From the IMG/VR virus record IMGVR_UViG_2925908680_000001: a stretch of DNA of 64,000 nt, one strand, 5' to 3'. Shown in pieces: positions 1-8,936 of this stretch. Every line of letters begins with the position of its first letter. Position 1 is the stretch's first letter. This DNA comes from a virus (Duplodnaviria; Heunggongvirae; Uroviricota; Caudoviricetes). A program made the translations under genes and the position numbers. Below the pieces are notes generated by a model that worked only from the letters and a program-made list of their open reading frames with translations, made no database searches and had not been told where the DNA came from.

Positions 1-96
1 GTTATGCATCCCCTGTTACCGAATTGCAGCCAGGGCGCGGTGCGCCGAAAAGCATACGGAGGTGGAAGCCCTCGCCGGAGACGTACCCGGCACAGT

Positions 97-173
97 GGTG
101 GTGTAGCTCAGTAGGATAGAGCAGCAGCCTTCTAAGCTGTCGGTCGGTGGTTCGAATCCACCCACCATCGCCA
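97..173 (+). tRNA. tRNA-Arg (anticodon TCT)
   Basis: Cloverleaf by eye: 7-bp acceptor (one GU), anticodon loop cttctaa, T-loop ttcgaat, encoded CCA; resembles E. coli argU. Confidence 0.85.
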
Positions 174-178
174 CTTTA

Positions 179-265
179 GGGGAGTTAGTCCGTAGGGGTA
201 GCGGGGTAGACTGTAAATCTACTGTCATTGCGACTCGGGTGGTTCGACTCCATCACTCCCCACCA
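179..265 (+). tRNA. tRNA-Tyr (anticodon GTA), class II with long variable arm
   Basis: Perfect 7-bp acceptor ggggagt/actcccc, perfect anticodon stem gtaga/tctac with loop ctgtaaa, long variable arm, T-loop ttcgact, CCA; D-arm less regular. Confidence 0.7.
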
Positions 266-269
266 AATT

Positions 270-345
270 GCCGGTTTAGCTCAGTTGGTAGAGCAGTCGC
301 TTTGTAAGCGAATGGTCAGCGGTTCGATCCCGTTAACCGGCACCA
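270..345 (+). tRNA. tRNA-Thr (anticodon TGT)
   Basis: Acceptor gccggtt/aaccggc, D-arm gctcagttggtagagc, anticodon loop tttgtaa, T-loop ttcgatc, CCA. Confidence 0.85.
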
Positions 346-353
346 ACACAACA

Positions 354-427
354 GGTAAGAGCATTTGTAGAGTTCGACTCTCTACCGTGGGCTTTTTCCC
401 GCGATGCGAGCCATAAATGCTCTTACC
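354..427. repeat. Inverted-repeat element 1 (13-bp arms ggtaagagcattt / aaatgctcttacc) enclosing a T-arm-like hairpin
   Basis: Arms at 354-366 and 415-427; inner hairpin gtagagttcgactctctac; followed by conserved motif gttgtgatgaagtgc. Confidence 0.6.
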
Positions 428-574
428 GTTGTGATGAAGTGCAGCTCTTTGAAGCAACCAGAAGATAAGCATCTGGCTTCACAACATAAACCGCAGGAAC
501 GACCAATAAACGGTAGTCCGTATGGAGAACACCCCGTTGAGGAAGAGGCCTGGCCGGAACCGTAACCGGCACTA

Positions 575-664
575 CAATGTTGAGAACACTGGCGTAACGG
601 GGTCATATCCCAATCTACGAATAAATGTTGCGTTGCAGCGTGACAACCAGTGTTCTCAACATTG
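575..664. repeat. Inverted-repeat element 2 (perfect 18-bp arms, 54-bp spacer)
   Basis: caatgttgagaacactgg at 575-592 and exact reverse complement at 647-664; followed by attgtggtgaatgcgc. Confidence 0.7.
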
Positions 665-799
665 TGGTGAATGCGCAGGCTGATGCGCGAAAGACATTGC
701 AGCTATTGCGGAAAAGAGCTGTTCGGCGGGGCAATTAAACGCCCGTGAGAGTCTGAAATAACCGCAAGCCGGAGATCAGCACCGGTCGCCACAATAACG

Positions 800-886
800 G
801 GAGAGTAGGGAGCATGGTGCTCAAGCGGTCTTGAAAACCGTCCCATTGCGCAAGCGATGATGGTTCGATTCCATTACTCTCCGCCA
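800..886 (+). tRNA. tRNA-Ser (anticodon TGA), class II, atypical A at position 8
   Basis: Acceptor ggagagt/actctcc, anticodon stem gcggt/accgt with loop cttgaaa, long variable arm, T-loop ttcgatt, CCA; D-arm irregular. Confidence 0.65.
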
Positions 887-893
887 GTGCAAC

Positions 894-1011
894 GTTAAGA
901 GTATTTGGCTAATTAAGCGAATGCCGGAAGCAGAACCGGATCACCAAATGCGTACAGGCGTCATCGCCGCCCAGCCAGCCAAGTGCTCTTACCATTGCGG
1001 TGAATGCGGCT
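894..1011. repeat. Inverted-repeat element 3 (imperfect arms) plus conserved right-end motif
   Basis: gttaagagtatttgg at 894-908 vs ccaagtgctcttacc at 979-993; followed by attgcggtgaatgcggc, the same motif family as elements 1 and 2. Confidence 0.5.
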
Positions 1012-1369
1012 AAGCGCACGCGGAACAGTTAAAACAATCCTCCTTAGTGGTTAAGTCAAACATCCCGGCGTTAATTGTTAACTGGTTAACGTCACCTGGA
1101 GGCACCAGGCACCGCAATCTAATAAAGTTTCAAGCAATGGAGTTTTTGTTGTCAGACTTCAGATATAGATGGTTGTGGAAGGAGAGCCTGTGCATAGTGC
1201 AGTTATTTCTTCCGCTATTTGTCTGCTTTGTCATGCTTCCTGAGCTGAAATACGCAATTTCAGACACTTTAAGCACTATCGTTACTTTTGTGTTTTATCT
1301 TTACTTTGATTACTTATTGAGCACTAAAATCAATGAATTATCCGAGGAAATGCAAGGTGGCTGTAAGTG

Positions 1370-1498
1370 ATGAATTTTTGGGCGTTTGCCGATAAGAACC
1401 CTGGTTGGACATTTTTATTTCTGCTGGTGGTTGCATATGGGGTCGAGCAAGCGGCAAAAGCCTTACGCGGTTCTGGCAAAAAGCGTAAGCGGAATTAA
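1370..1498 (+). CDS. Small hydrophobic peptide (42 aa), hypothetical
   Basis: Hand-translated ORF MNFWAFADKNPGWTFLFLLVVAYGVEQAAKALRGSGKKRKRN: one predicted TM segment and a basic tail; below the ORF-track size cutoff. Confidence 0.3.
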   Translation: MNFWAFADKNPGWTFLFLLVVAYGVEQAAKALRGSGKKRKRN

Positions 1499-1507
1499 CA
1501 GTAATCT

Positions 1508-1583
1508 GGCCCTTTAGCTCAGTGGTTAGAGCAGGCGACTCATAATCGCACGGTCACCGGTTCAAATCCGGTAGGGGCCACCA
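1508..1583 (+). tRNA. tRNA with CAT anticodon, most like tRNA-Ile2 (ileX type)
   Basis: Near-identical to E. coli ileX as recalled (ggcccnttagctcagtggttagagcaggcgactcataatcgc...), CCA encoded; Met cannot be excluded. Confidence 0.85.
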
Positions 1584-2037
1584 TATTTGGTTGTAACACG
1601 GCGTATGGCACATGCGTCGTTAGCGGTCTGGTGTAGCTGTTAGGTACCTTACTAACACTGCATGGGCACATCAGGTAGCCGGAATGTGCAAGTCACCGCT
1701 GGAGGGATAGCGGACTCAGGGACTCACCATCCTGGCGATTCGGTGTGACAGCCGGAATAGCACGGCGCACAACAGGAAAAGGCGTTTAATTAACGCGAGC
1801 GCCGTTTCCGTTGTGGTAATTGCGGCTATGCGCTCGTGACGAAGCCATTTTCATTCACTACGTTCTGATAAGTGACGTCGCCAGGAGTGGCTAACCTGGC
1901 AGGTGGAGGCACCACCGCCACAACTCCTTTCAATTCATCATATAGCCGCTCAGGCTGTACCCCTTAATTAATACGAAGTTACGACATCACTACCGGCACT
2001 TCCGGGGGATAGTCGCGCGTGTAAAAAAGGAGACGTT

Positions 2038-2613
2038 ATGTTAATGGCGAACGATAACGCATATGCAGAAGAAGATCTCATTTTGAGTGACTTCATAGGG
2101 AAGCGGGAACGCTGGACCAAAAAGCGAGAGGAACTTTACGCCTCATTAGTTCGCAAAGGCGTCAATATCGAAACCGCACAGAGCGGTGATATGACAGTGG
2201 TAAGCGTGGGATTGCACGGTGTAAGCGTGTCAGCAATCAATCATGAGCCATACGTTGCGTTATCCGAGTCAATGGTAAGGTTAGTTAAGTTCCTGAAATA
2301 CACAGAAGCGAATAATGTAATCATTGGCAAAAAGAATATCCCTTTTTCCTCGGCTTTTTACTGGATGATGAAAGGGCTTGATGCCCGGCGGACATCATGG
2401 CCCAAAGGGAGCTATATATCGATGTTCCGTGGCAGTATTGGCAGCAAAGAAAAGCTCTTCGAATTCTTGCCGGAAGAGGCATTCGATATTGTGGAAGGGT
2501 GCGATGTGATGGTGATGCCTCGCCTGGTAATGATGAATGGGGATTTACAGGCGCAGACAGACTGGTTTGCAACTGGTGTGGATATAATCGCGACTGACTG
2601 GGAGGCTTTCTGA
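2038..2613 (+). CDS. Hypothetical protein with DUF2829-like C-terminal domain
   Basis: ORF track; C-terminal pattern FSSAFYWMMKGLDARRTSWPKG ... DLQAQTDWFATGVDIIATDWEAF fits the DUF2829 family signature as recalled; RBS ggagacg before ATG. Confidence 0.55.
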   Translation: MLMANDNAYAEEDLILSDFIGKRERWTKKREELYASLVRKGVNIETAQSGDMTVVSVGLHGVSVSAINHEPYVALSESMVRLVKFLKYTEANNVIIGKKNIPFSSAFYWMMKGLDARRTSWPKGSYISMFRGSIGSKEKLFEFLPEEAFDIVEGCDVMVMPRLVMMNGDLQAQTDWFATGVDIIATDWEAF

Positions 2614-3005
2614 TGTACGGGACTACCAAATTAAGCACTCAACAGGCCACCAATATGGAGTGGTCTATCGCTAACTGTAAGATCGTGTCATGCAATGCCA
2701 CGCGTACTGATGTGGGCCATAAAAGTACTATAACAGGCTATCTAGTAATGACCACCAGGGGGATGAGGGTTAGATTTCGCTGGAAAGCAGAGCAAGTAAC
2801 GCCATTCAGAGAGCCATCAATGCCGCTGCAGGTTGAGCAGGATTATCTATGTTTACCAGAAATAGATGGAGGAATGCTGGTGGAGTCTGATGGTAGTAAG
2901 GCTGATTTTGAAGCCAATTTGAAGCTGGCACAGGCCGTAATCAATAGTTATCGCGGAAAGTGGATCGCAAAAGTGAAACATGTTGTTCGTTTGTCTCGCT
3001 GGTAG
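2613..3005 (+). CDS. Hypothetical protein
   Basis: ORF track; start overlaps upstream stop (ATGA coupling). Confidence 0.5.
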   Translation: MYGTTKLSTQQATNMEWSIANCKIVSCNATRTDVGHKSTITGYLVMTTRGMRVRFRWKAEQVTPFREPSMPLQVEQDYLCLPEIDGGMLVESDGSKADFEANLKLAQAVINSYRGKWIAKVKHVVRLSRW

Positions 3006-3023
3006 CGTTAGGTGTTTAATATT

Positions 3024-3040
3024 AATTTTCTAATATAATC
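3024..3040 (+). promoter_or_regulatory. Operator-like motif aattttctaatataatc (C1-operator-like family)
   Basis: Member of a recurring TTTCTAAYA motif; lies about 75 bp upstream of ORF 3114. Confidence 0.4.
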
Positions 3041-3113
3041 ATCTTTTTACCAGTCTATACAGTTTTAACATTCTCATTATCATCCCCTCGGTCATTTCCT
3101 GCCCGGGGGATTA

Positions 3114-3506
3114 ATGGAACAAATCAGCAGCGCAGAAATTGCGGATATCATGATCAGGGCTGACTGCTATCTGACAGTCACTGAAATTACCACTCTCGCC
3201 AAAGAAAAATACCCTCATCTCCATGTTTCACGAGTAAGTGTAACTAACATCATTCGTCATTTTGTTCGTTCAAGCAGGGCAATCTGTGAGCTGGATGATC
3301 GTGTGTATCCACGAAAATACTGGCTACATGGTCTGAACGGATATCAGTTCAAGGTGCGCGGGCGCACGCCTGAATACGGTAGCTTACTGGTTAAAAACTG
3401 TAGCAGGAAATCAGTCGAACAGGCGCGAAAAGAGCAACGAGAGCTGGTGGACATGGCGAATAAGCTGTGGAATGCCGCCGTTAAAAAGCGTGGTGTTGCT
3501 TTATGA
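3114..3506 (+). CDS. Hypothetical protein; positional analog of P1 late-promoter activator Lpa (unverified)
   Basis: ORF track; immediately upstream of pacA as lpa is in P1; operator-like motif upstream. Confidence 0.5.
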   Translation: MEQISSAEIADIMIRADCYLTVTEITTLAKEKYPHLHVSRVSVTNIIRHFVRSSRAICELDDRVYPRKYWLHGLNGYQFKVRGRTPEYGSLLVKNCSRKSVEQARKEQRELVDMANKLWNAAVKKRGVAL

Positions 3507-4867
3507 GTCTGGTTAATTGGGAGGAGCACCGCGCCCGCTTTATAGCGTTGCGTGAAGAAAAAGGGATCACTGTAAAGGAATACTGTGAGGAGCATGGCCT
3601 TAGCTTCAATACAGCCAGAAAGCATCTCAATATGAAAAAAAATGAGGTGCGGTCGCAGGTAAAGACAACAAAAAAAAGCACCAAATCACCTGAAAAAAAA
3701 CGGGCGGGAAGAGCAACAAAAAAGCTGGAAGAGGGTGCAGAAAAAACAAAATTTACAGAAATTGACAATTCTCAGGGCGCAGGTTCTTTCCGAAGTATGC
3801 CGAGAAAGAAAACTTCGGATCATGAAAATAATGCAAATAATAACAATGAGATAAAAGAATCTGTCAGGAGATCATTGCGCGAAAAAATGGCGAAAATGAT
3901 CCCCGAAGAAGATAAAAGCGCCCCAAAAATTGAGGGATCTTCTGCAATGATCCCTGACGGTGCTGTGCAGCGTGCCACATTGCCCACTACGAATGTGGCT
4001 CGCGATATGATGAAGAACGGCGCAGAAGAACACCTGCGGTTAGCAATTCAAATGGCGCAAGAGCGCGCACTTCAGTATCAAAGCATTGTTGATCAGGAGG
4101 CCGAACGTCTACAGGCGGAAATAGACGCCTTGGGCGATAAAGAGCCAGAAGGAATGCACCCTGGGCAGCGCCTTCTCGGTCTAATCAGTGACGCGGCCTA
4201 CTACATGAATGATTTTATCAGTAGGTTGGCAGCTATATATCAGTCCGAACAAAAGCTGCGACAGGGGGATGAAAAGCTTCGTCAGAGCGCTCGCCAGCAA
4301 GCATTCAAAGAGGCTGAGGCCAGAGAAAAACTCGAATTAGCACGCCTACAGGCCGAACAGCGTGGCAAAGAGATTGAATATCGCATTGGCGCTGACGCAC
4401 GCGCAGCCAGAGTTATCGCCGCCGCTATACGTATGCGTGAGCGCGAGGAACTGGATGATATCGGTGTTGCTGAATACATCGAGCGCCAGGGGGTCAGCGT
4501 CCCGGCTATCCTCGCGGCGCGCGCGGCGAAAGCTATCACTCTTCTCGAACCACCTGTTTCTGACGTCAATGATGTTGATGATGAACAGCTGGACAAAGAG
4601 GCAAGGGAGTTTGCAACGCTTCAGGCTAACCATCCGCAATGGCTGGCAGAGCGCCGGGCGGATGTGGCAACCATTGTTGAAGAATTGGGGTGCGGAGATT
4701 ACGATCGCAATGGCGAGCGTAAAGCTGGAGAATTCGAGGCCAACGACGAAGAGCTGGATATTGACCCTTCGGCAACGGCTGAAATTTACGGTGATTATGA
4801 TGTATCTGATGCAGGGTATGACGCCGGAGATGATGATATCGCGATAGAACCGCCGGAGGATGATTAA
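3503..4867 (+). CDS. pacA: Terminase small subunit, PacA-like
   Basis: ORF track; overlaps start of the large terminase; basic N-terminus and acidic C-terminal tail; synteny with P1 pacA-pacB. Confidence 0.55.
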   Translation: MSLVNWEEHRARFIALREEKGITVKEYCEEHGLSFNTARKHLNMKKNEVRSQVKTTKKSTKSPEKKRAGRATKKLEEGAEKTKFTEIDNSQGAGSFRSMPRKKTSDHENNANNNNEIKESVRRSLREKMAKMIPEEDKSAPKIEGSSAMIPDGAVQRATLPTTNVARDMMKNGAEEHLRLAIQMAQERALQYQSIVDQEAERLQAEIDALGDKEPEGMHPGQRLLGLISDAAYYMNDFISRLAAIYQSEQKLRQGDEKLRQSARQQAFKEAEAREKLELARLQAEQRGKEIEYRIGADARAARVIAAAIRMREREELDDIGVAEYIERQGVSVPAILAARAAKAITLLEPPVSDVNDVDDEQLDKEAREFATLQANHPQWLAERRADVATIVEELGCGDYDRNGERKAGEFEANDEELDIDPSATAEIYGDYDVSDAGYDAGDDDIAIEPPEDD

Positions 4868-6375
4868 TGGCTGGCGGGCGCAAGATTAAATGCGTCACCA
4901 GCGATCCACGCTGGCGCGATATGGTAATCAAATACCGCTACAACTTTACCCAGGCTGTTGTCGATATTTTTGGGATGTTCCCCTCCCACCAGCAGCAGCA
5001 GATCATTCAGTCAGTGCAGGAAACGGGGAGTAGGACGACCGTCACGTCCGGACACGGAACGGGGAAGTCGTCCCTTACCGCGATGTTGCTGTTGATTTTT
5101 ATGATCCTGTTCCCCGATGCCCGTGTCATCATTGTTGCTAACAAGATAGGCCAGGTAAAAACAGGCGTATTCAAATACGTTAAACAGTATTGGGCGAATG
5201 CAGTTAAGCGTCATGGGTGGTTGCAGACCTATTTTGTCCTCTCTGACACCATGTTTTATGAGCGCTCCCGTAAGGGGATTTGGGAAGTTCTCTGCAAAGG
5301 TTATCGACTCGGCAACGAAGAAGCGCTGGCGGGGGAACACGCGGCACATTTGCTTCTAATTCTGGATGAAGCATCTGGTATATCTGATAAGGCGATCGGC
5401 GTAATGACCGGTGCTCTTACTGAAGAAGATAACCGGATGTTGATGCTATCCCAGCCAACAAGGCCAAGTGGTTATTTCTACGATTCGCACCATTCTCAAG
5501 CAAAAACCCCAGACAACCCGAAAGGGATCTGGACAGCAATTGTTCTTAACTCGGAAGAATCACCGTTCGTCACACCACAATTCATCAAGCAGAAGCTTCT
5601 GGAATATGGTGGGCGCGATTCTATTGAGTATATGGTCAAGGTGCTTGGTCAGTTCCCACGAGAAATTAACGGCTATTTGCTTGGTCGTGATGAATGCGAT
5701 CGCGCTGCTCGCCGCAAGGTGTTGTTGGAGAAAAACTGGGGATGGGTGGCAACGGCTGACGTTGGTAATGGGCGAGATAAGTCGGTCCTCAACATCTGCA
5801 AGGTATCTGGTCACAGGGATAAGCGGCGCGTTGTTAACTTTAAGGTAATGGAGATGCCTGGCACTATGGACCCATTGGCCTTTGCTGACTTTATATATAA
5901 CGAATGTACGCCGGAAAAATACCCGAATATAACAATCGCGGTTGATGCCGATGGTTTTGGTTCTGATACGTGTGCGCAGTTGGTGCGTCGTGGTGCGAAC
6001 CCGGTACGTATTCGGTGGGGAAAACCCATGTTTGCGAACAAAGACAGGGAGCGATTTGTTAATCAGCGTGCCTACGCAAATATTATGGCGCGTGATGCCA
6101 TAAAGTCAGGGCGTATGCGGATAGACAGTGACCCAAAAACGGCAGAGCAAGCGTCAAAAATCCCCTTTTTACTGAATGAGGAAGGGAAAATGGCGATGAT
6201 GCGCAAAGAGCACATGCGGCAAAAGCTAAACATCAAATCGCCTGACCGATGGGATACCTACTGCTTCACTATGCTGGTGGACTATGTGCCTGCTAATGAA
6301 GATATTGGTGCCGAAATGGCAACTTTCCGAGATCAGGTTCTGGCGGATATCGAAATGCCAGATCTGGATATATAA
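4867..6375 (+). CDS. pacB: Terminase large subunit, PacB-like
   Basis: Walker A SGHGTGKSS and Walker B LLLILDEASG in the translation; 502 aa. Confidence 0.85.
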   Translation: MAGGRKIKCVTSDPRWRDMVIKYRYNFTQAVVDIFGMFPSHQQQQIIQSVQETGSRTTVTSGHGTGKSSLTAMLLLIFMILFPDARVIIVANKIGQVKTGVFKYVKQYWANAVKRHGWLQTYFVLSDTMFYERSRKGIWEVLCKGYRLGNEEALAGEHAAHLLLILDEASGISDKAIGVMTGALTEEDNRMLMLSQPTRPSGYFYDSHHSQAKTPDNPKGIWTAIVLNSEESPFVTPQFIKQKLLEYGGRDSIEYMVKVLGQFPREINGYLLGRDECDRAARRKVLLEKNWGWVATADVGNGRDKSVLNICKVSGHRDKRRVVNFKVMEMPGTMDPLAFADFIYNECTPEKYPNITIAVDADGFGSDTCAQLVRRGANPVRIRWGKPMFANKDRERFVNQRAYANIMARDAIKSGRMRIDSDPKTAEQASKIPFLLNEEGKMAMMRKEHMRQKLNIKSPDRWDTYCFTMLVDYVPANEDIGAEMATFRDQVLADIEMPDLDI

Positions 6376-6376
6376 A

Positions 6377-6393
6377 GCCCCGCTATGCGGGGC
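6377..6393. terminator. Hairpin between convergent pacB and ORF 6403-7440
   Basis: gccccgc-tat-gcggggc stem-loop; weak U-tract. Confidence 0.4.
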
Positions 6394-6402
6394 CGGTTGT
6401 GA

Positions 6403-7440
6403 TTACCAGAGCTTCGCGGCGTACTGCGTTTGGGGGAATGTGTATCCGTAACGTTCTTCGATTGCTTTGCCGTATTTTTTACGAGCTTCATTCAGTTTAA
6501 TGCCGGTCAGGTCGTCTCCAGAGGCCATCATTACGTCTAACAATTCCAGATCCATTTTATCTAGCCTTGCCATTGCTTCACGTGATGTACGTATCTTACG
6601 CTCAATGATATGGCGAATAGCCGGATCGGCATCCTCCAGCATCTTAGCGGATTTCTGCTTAAGGCTTTCATTGCGAATATCGATGTTCCTTAAGATGTAC
6701 GACTTCGCAACGTAGCTTGGCTGGTGTTTTTCTAGGTCACGAACACGATATAAGTTAAAATCGCCGAGAAGGCTGCAAGGTACCGATTCGACGCCAGAAT
6801 AAATTGTAATGCTCCGGCGTTCACCAACATTATTGACAACGGGGATCGTTGTCTTCGGTAGTCTTGCGAAAACCAATGCGCCATGTGCGCCAACTCTAAA
6901 GCGAGAAAGGGCATTGCTGCCTTCGATGTTTGTTGTCAGCACAACATCTGTATATGCCTCTTTACGCGCCCGGTAGATCTCGCCTTCAGGCTCAGCTTCA
7001 AAGAAGCGCTGTTCTTCTTCAAGAGCACCTACAATTTGAGAAAAAACCCTATTTTTCAGGCTTTTCTTTATGATTTTGTCGTATTTTTTGAGCAATTGTT
7101 CACGTGTAAATGTACGTGTTGTTGTAGCGCTTTGCACAACAACATGCGTGCTTTGATTGGTGTCCTCAATGATGAATGGGATCGGAGAATATACAGACTC
7201 AACAATGTTCGACGCTTTGCCGTCGGCATCGCGGCACATGTCAACGAAGGCTTTCCATTCAGCAAGACATTTTTCAGCTTCTTCTAATATGTTTTGGTCA
7301 TGCGTTAATGCAACATGGCGGAATTCCTCGCCAGCATAACTGGTATCATGGAAAACAGAGTTTGCGACCACCAGCTCTTTCCACCGTTCAGCGGTTTGCA
7401 GGAACCGTTTGTACTCTTTCTCGATCGACTTCTTACTCAT
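6403..7440 (-). CDS. Hypothetical 345-aa protein occupying the position of P1 c1/coi (candidate immunity repressor or accessory defence gene)
   Basis: ORF track; no motif recognised by eye; convergent with pacB, divergent from dre; operator-like motif 17-35 bp upstream of its start. Confidence 0.6.
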   Translation of the reverse strand: MSKKSIEKEYKRFLQTAERWKELVVANSVFHDTSYAGEEFRHVALTHDQNILEEAEKCLAEWKAFVDMCRDADGKASNIVESVYSPIPFIIEDTNQSTHVVVQSATTTRTFTREQLLKKYDKIIKKSLKNRVFSQIVGALEEEQRFFEAEPEGEIYRARKEAYTDVVLTTNIEGSNALSRFRVGAHGALVFARLPKTTIPVVNNVGERRSITIYSGVESVPCSLLGDFNLYRVRDLEKHQPSYVAKSYILRNIDIRNESLKQKSAKMLEDADPAIRHIIERKIRTSREAMARLDKMDLELLDVMMASGDDLTGIKLNEARKKYGKAIEERYGYTFPQTQYAAKLW

Positions 7441-7456
7441 TATTCCTACTCGATTT

Positions 7457-7475
7457 AGTTTTCTAACATAAAATT
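7457..7475 (+). promoter_or_regulatory. Operator-like motif agttttctaacataaaatt
   Basis: Recurring TTTCTAACA motif; immediately upstream of reverse-strand ORF 6403-7440. Confidence 0.45.
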
Positions 7476-7650
7476 ACTATGACAAATTTATGTCGAATAA
7501 CAGAGTGAGTAAAGGATCGAACTGTGATTTTTTGTCATCAATTTTAGAAAACCAACTGTATAAACCACACTTCGCAAATTAAAGACCATGAAGGCAACGT
7601 GTTACTGGTCAAAATCAATCTATGATGGATTAAAAAAAATCGCCATTTTG

Positions 7651-7682
7651 TAACTTTAAATAATTGGCATTATTTAAAGTTA
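7651..7682. other. rox site-specific recombination site (Dre target)
   Basis: taactttaaataat-tggc-attatttaaagtta: 14-bp perfect inverted arms around a 4-bp spacer; equals the reverse complement of rox as I recall it; 150 bp upstream of the recombinase gene. Confidence 0.9.
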
Positions 7683-7834
7683 GGCTATAATCATGTGTAG
7701 ATGAACAGTGTTGACATCACTGAAAATACGTGCCTCGAATCAAAGGTTTGTATTTTGAAAATTAACTTATAGCTACCCTGTCATTTTTATATTTTTCGCG
7801 TAGCGACATCTGTATATAGAGGTGAAATAGTTTC

Positions 7835-8863
7835 ATGAGTGAATTAATTATCTCTGGCAGTTCCGGTGGTTTTCTGCGCAACATTGGCAAAGAGTACCAG
7901 GAAGCCGCAGAAAACTTTATTCGGTTCATGAATGACCAGGGGGCTTATGCGCCGAATACACTGCGCGACCTCCGGTTAGTGTTTCATTCCTGGGCGCGCT
8001 GGTGTCACGCTCGCCAGCTTGCCTGGTTTCCGATCTCACCAGAAATGGCCCGCGAGTATTTTCTTCAGCTGCATGATGCCGATCTGGCTTCGACCACCAT
8101 TGATAAGCACTACGCCATGCTGAACATGCTGCTTTCGCATTGTGGCCTTCCGCCACTTTCGGATGATAAAAGTGTTTCTCTGGCTATGCGGCGCATCCGG
8201 CGCGAAGCGGCAACTGAAAAAGGCGAACGAACAGGCCAGGCTATTCCTTTGCGGTGGGATGATCTGAAACTGATCGACGTCCTGTTGTCCAGGTCAGAAC
8301 GGCTGGTGGACCTGCGCAACCGGGCTTTTCTCTTTGTTGCATACAATACGCTGATGCGTATGTCGGAAATCTCGCGTATTCGCATAAGAGATCTGGACCA
8401 AACAGGTGACACTGTCACGTTGCATATTTCACACACGAAGACAATAACGACCGCAGCCGGGCTTGATAAGGTGCTTTCCCGTCGCACTACTGCTGTGCTG
8501 AATGACTGGCTGGAGGCTTCCGGGCTTCGTGAACATCCTGACGCGGTGCTGTTCCCGCCGGTACACCGTAGCAATAAGGCCAGGATTACGGCAACGCCCC
8601 TTACTGCGCCTGCAATGGAGAAAATATTCAGCGACGCCTGGGTGTTGCTGAATAAAGGAGATGCTACGCCAAACAAAGGAAGATACCGGACGTGGACCGG
8701 GCATAGTGCACGCGTCGGGGCCGCTATCGATATGGCTGAAAAGCAGGTATCTATGGTGGAGATTATGCAGGAAGGAACCTGGAAGAAACCGGAAACACTT
8801 ATGCGGTATCTGCGCCGTGGCGGCGTGTCTGTGGGGGCTAATAGCCGCCTGATGGATTTGTGA
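7835..8863 (+). CDS. dre: Tyrosine site-specific recombinase, Cre family (Dre-like)
   Basis: 342 aa; Cre-like layout including C-terminal WTGHSARVGAA and MRYLRRG segments; adjacent rox site. Confidence 0.92.
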   Translation: MSELIISGSSGGFLRNIGKEYQEAAENFIRFMNDQGAYAPNTLRDLRLVFHSWARWCHARQLAWFPISPEMAREYFLQLHDADLASTTIDKHYAMLNMLLSHCGLPPLSDDKSVSLAMRRIRREAATEKGERTGQAIPLRWDDLKLIDVLLSRSERLVDLRNRAFLFVAYNTLMRMSEISRIRIRDLDQTGDTVTLHISHTKTITTAAGLDKVLSRRTTAVLNDWLEASGLREHPDAVLFPPVHRSNKARITATPLTAPAMEKIFSDAWVLLNKGDATPNKGRYRTWTGHSARVGAAIDMAEKQVSMVEIMQEGTWKKPETLMRYLRRGGVSVGANSRLMDL

Positions 8864-8867
8864 ATTA

Positions 8868-8883
8868 AATTTCTAACACATCT
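8868..8883 (+). promoter_or_regulatory. Operator-like motif aaatttctaacacatc
   Basis: Recurring motif downstream of dre stop, upstream of ORF 8937. Confidence 0.4.
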
Positions 8884-8936
8884 TTTTAGATTAACATCTT
8901 TGCTGTAAAGTACCCTCGCCTATTTAGGAGGGTGCT

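Noticed and set aside
16-606. Reverse- and forward-strand ORFs (16-228, 228-416, 281-472, 382-606) in the ORF track
   Set aside because: They overlap three well-formed tRNA genes and the inverted-repeat elements; the region is an RNA-gene cluster, not protein-coding.
1970-1982. loxP-like half-site aatacgaagttac (11 of 13 match to the loxP arm TATACGAAGTTAT)
   Set aside because: No inverted partner arm within 8 bp, so it is not a functional lox-type site; probably chance or a decayed remnant. The real recombination site here is rox at 7651-7682.
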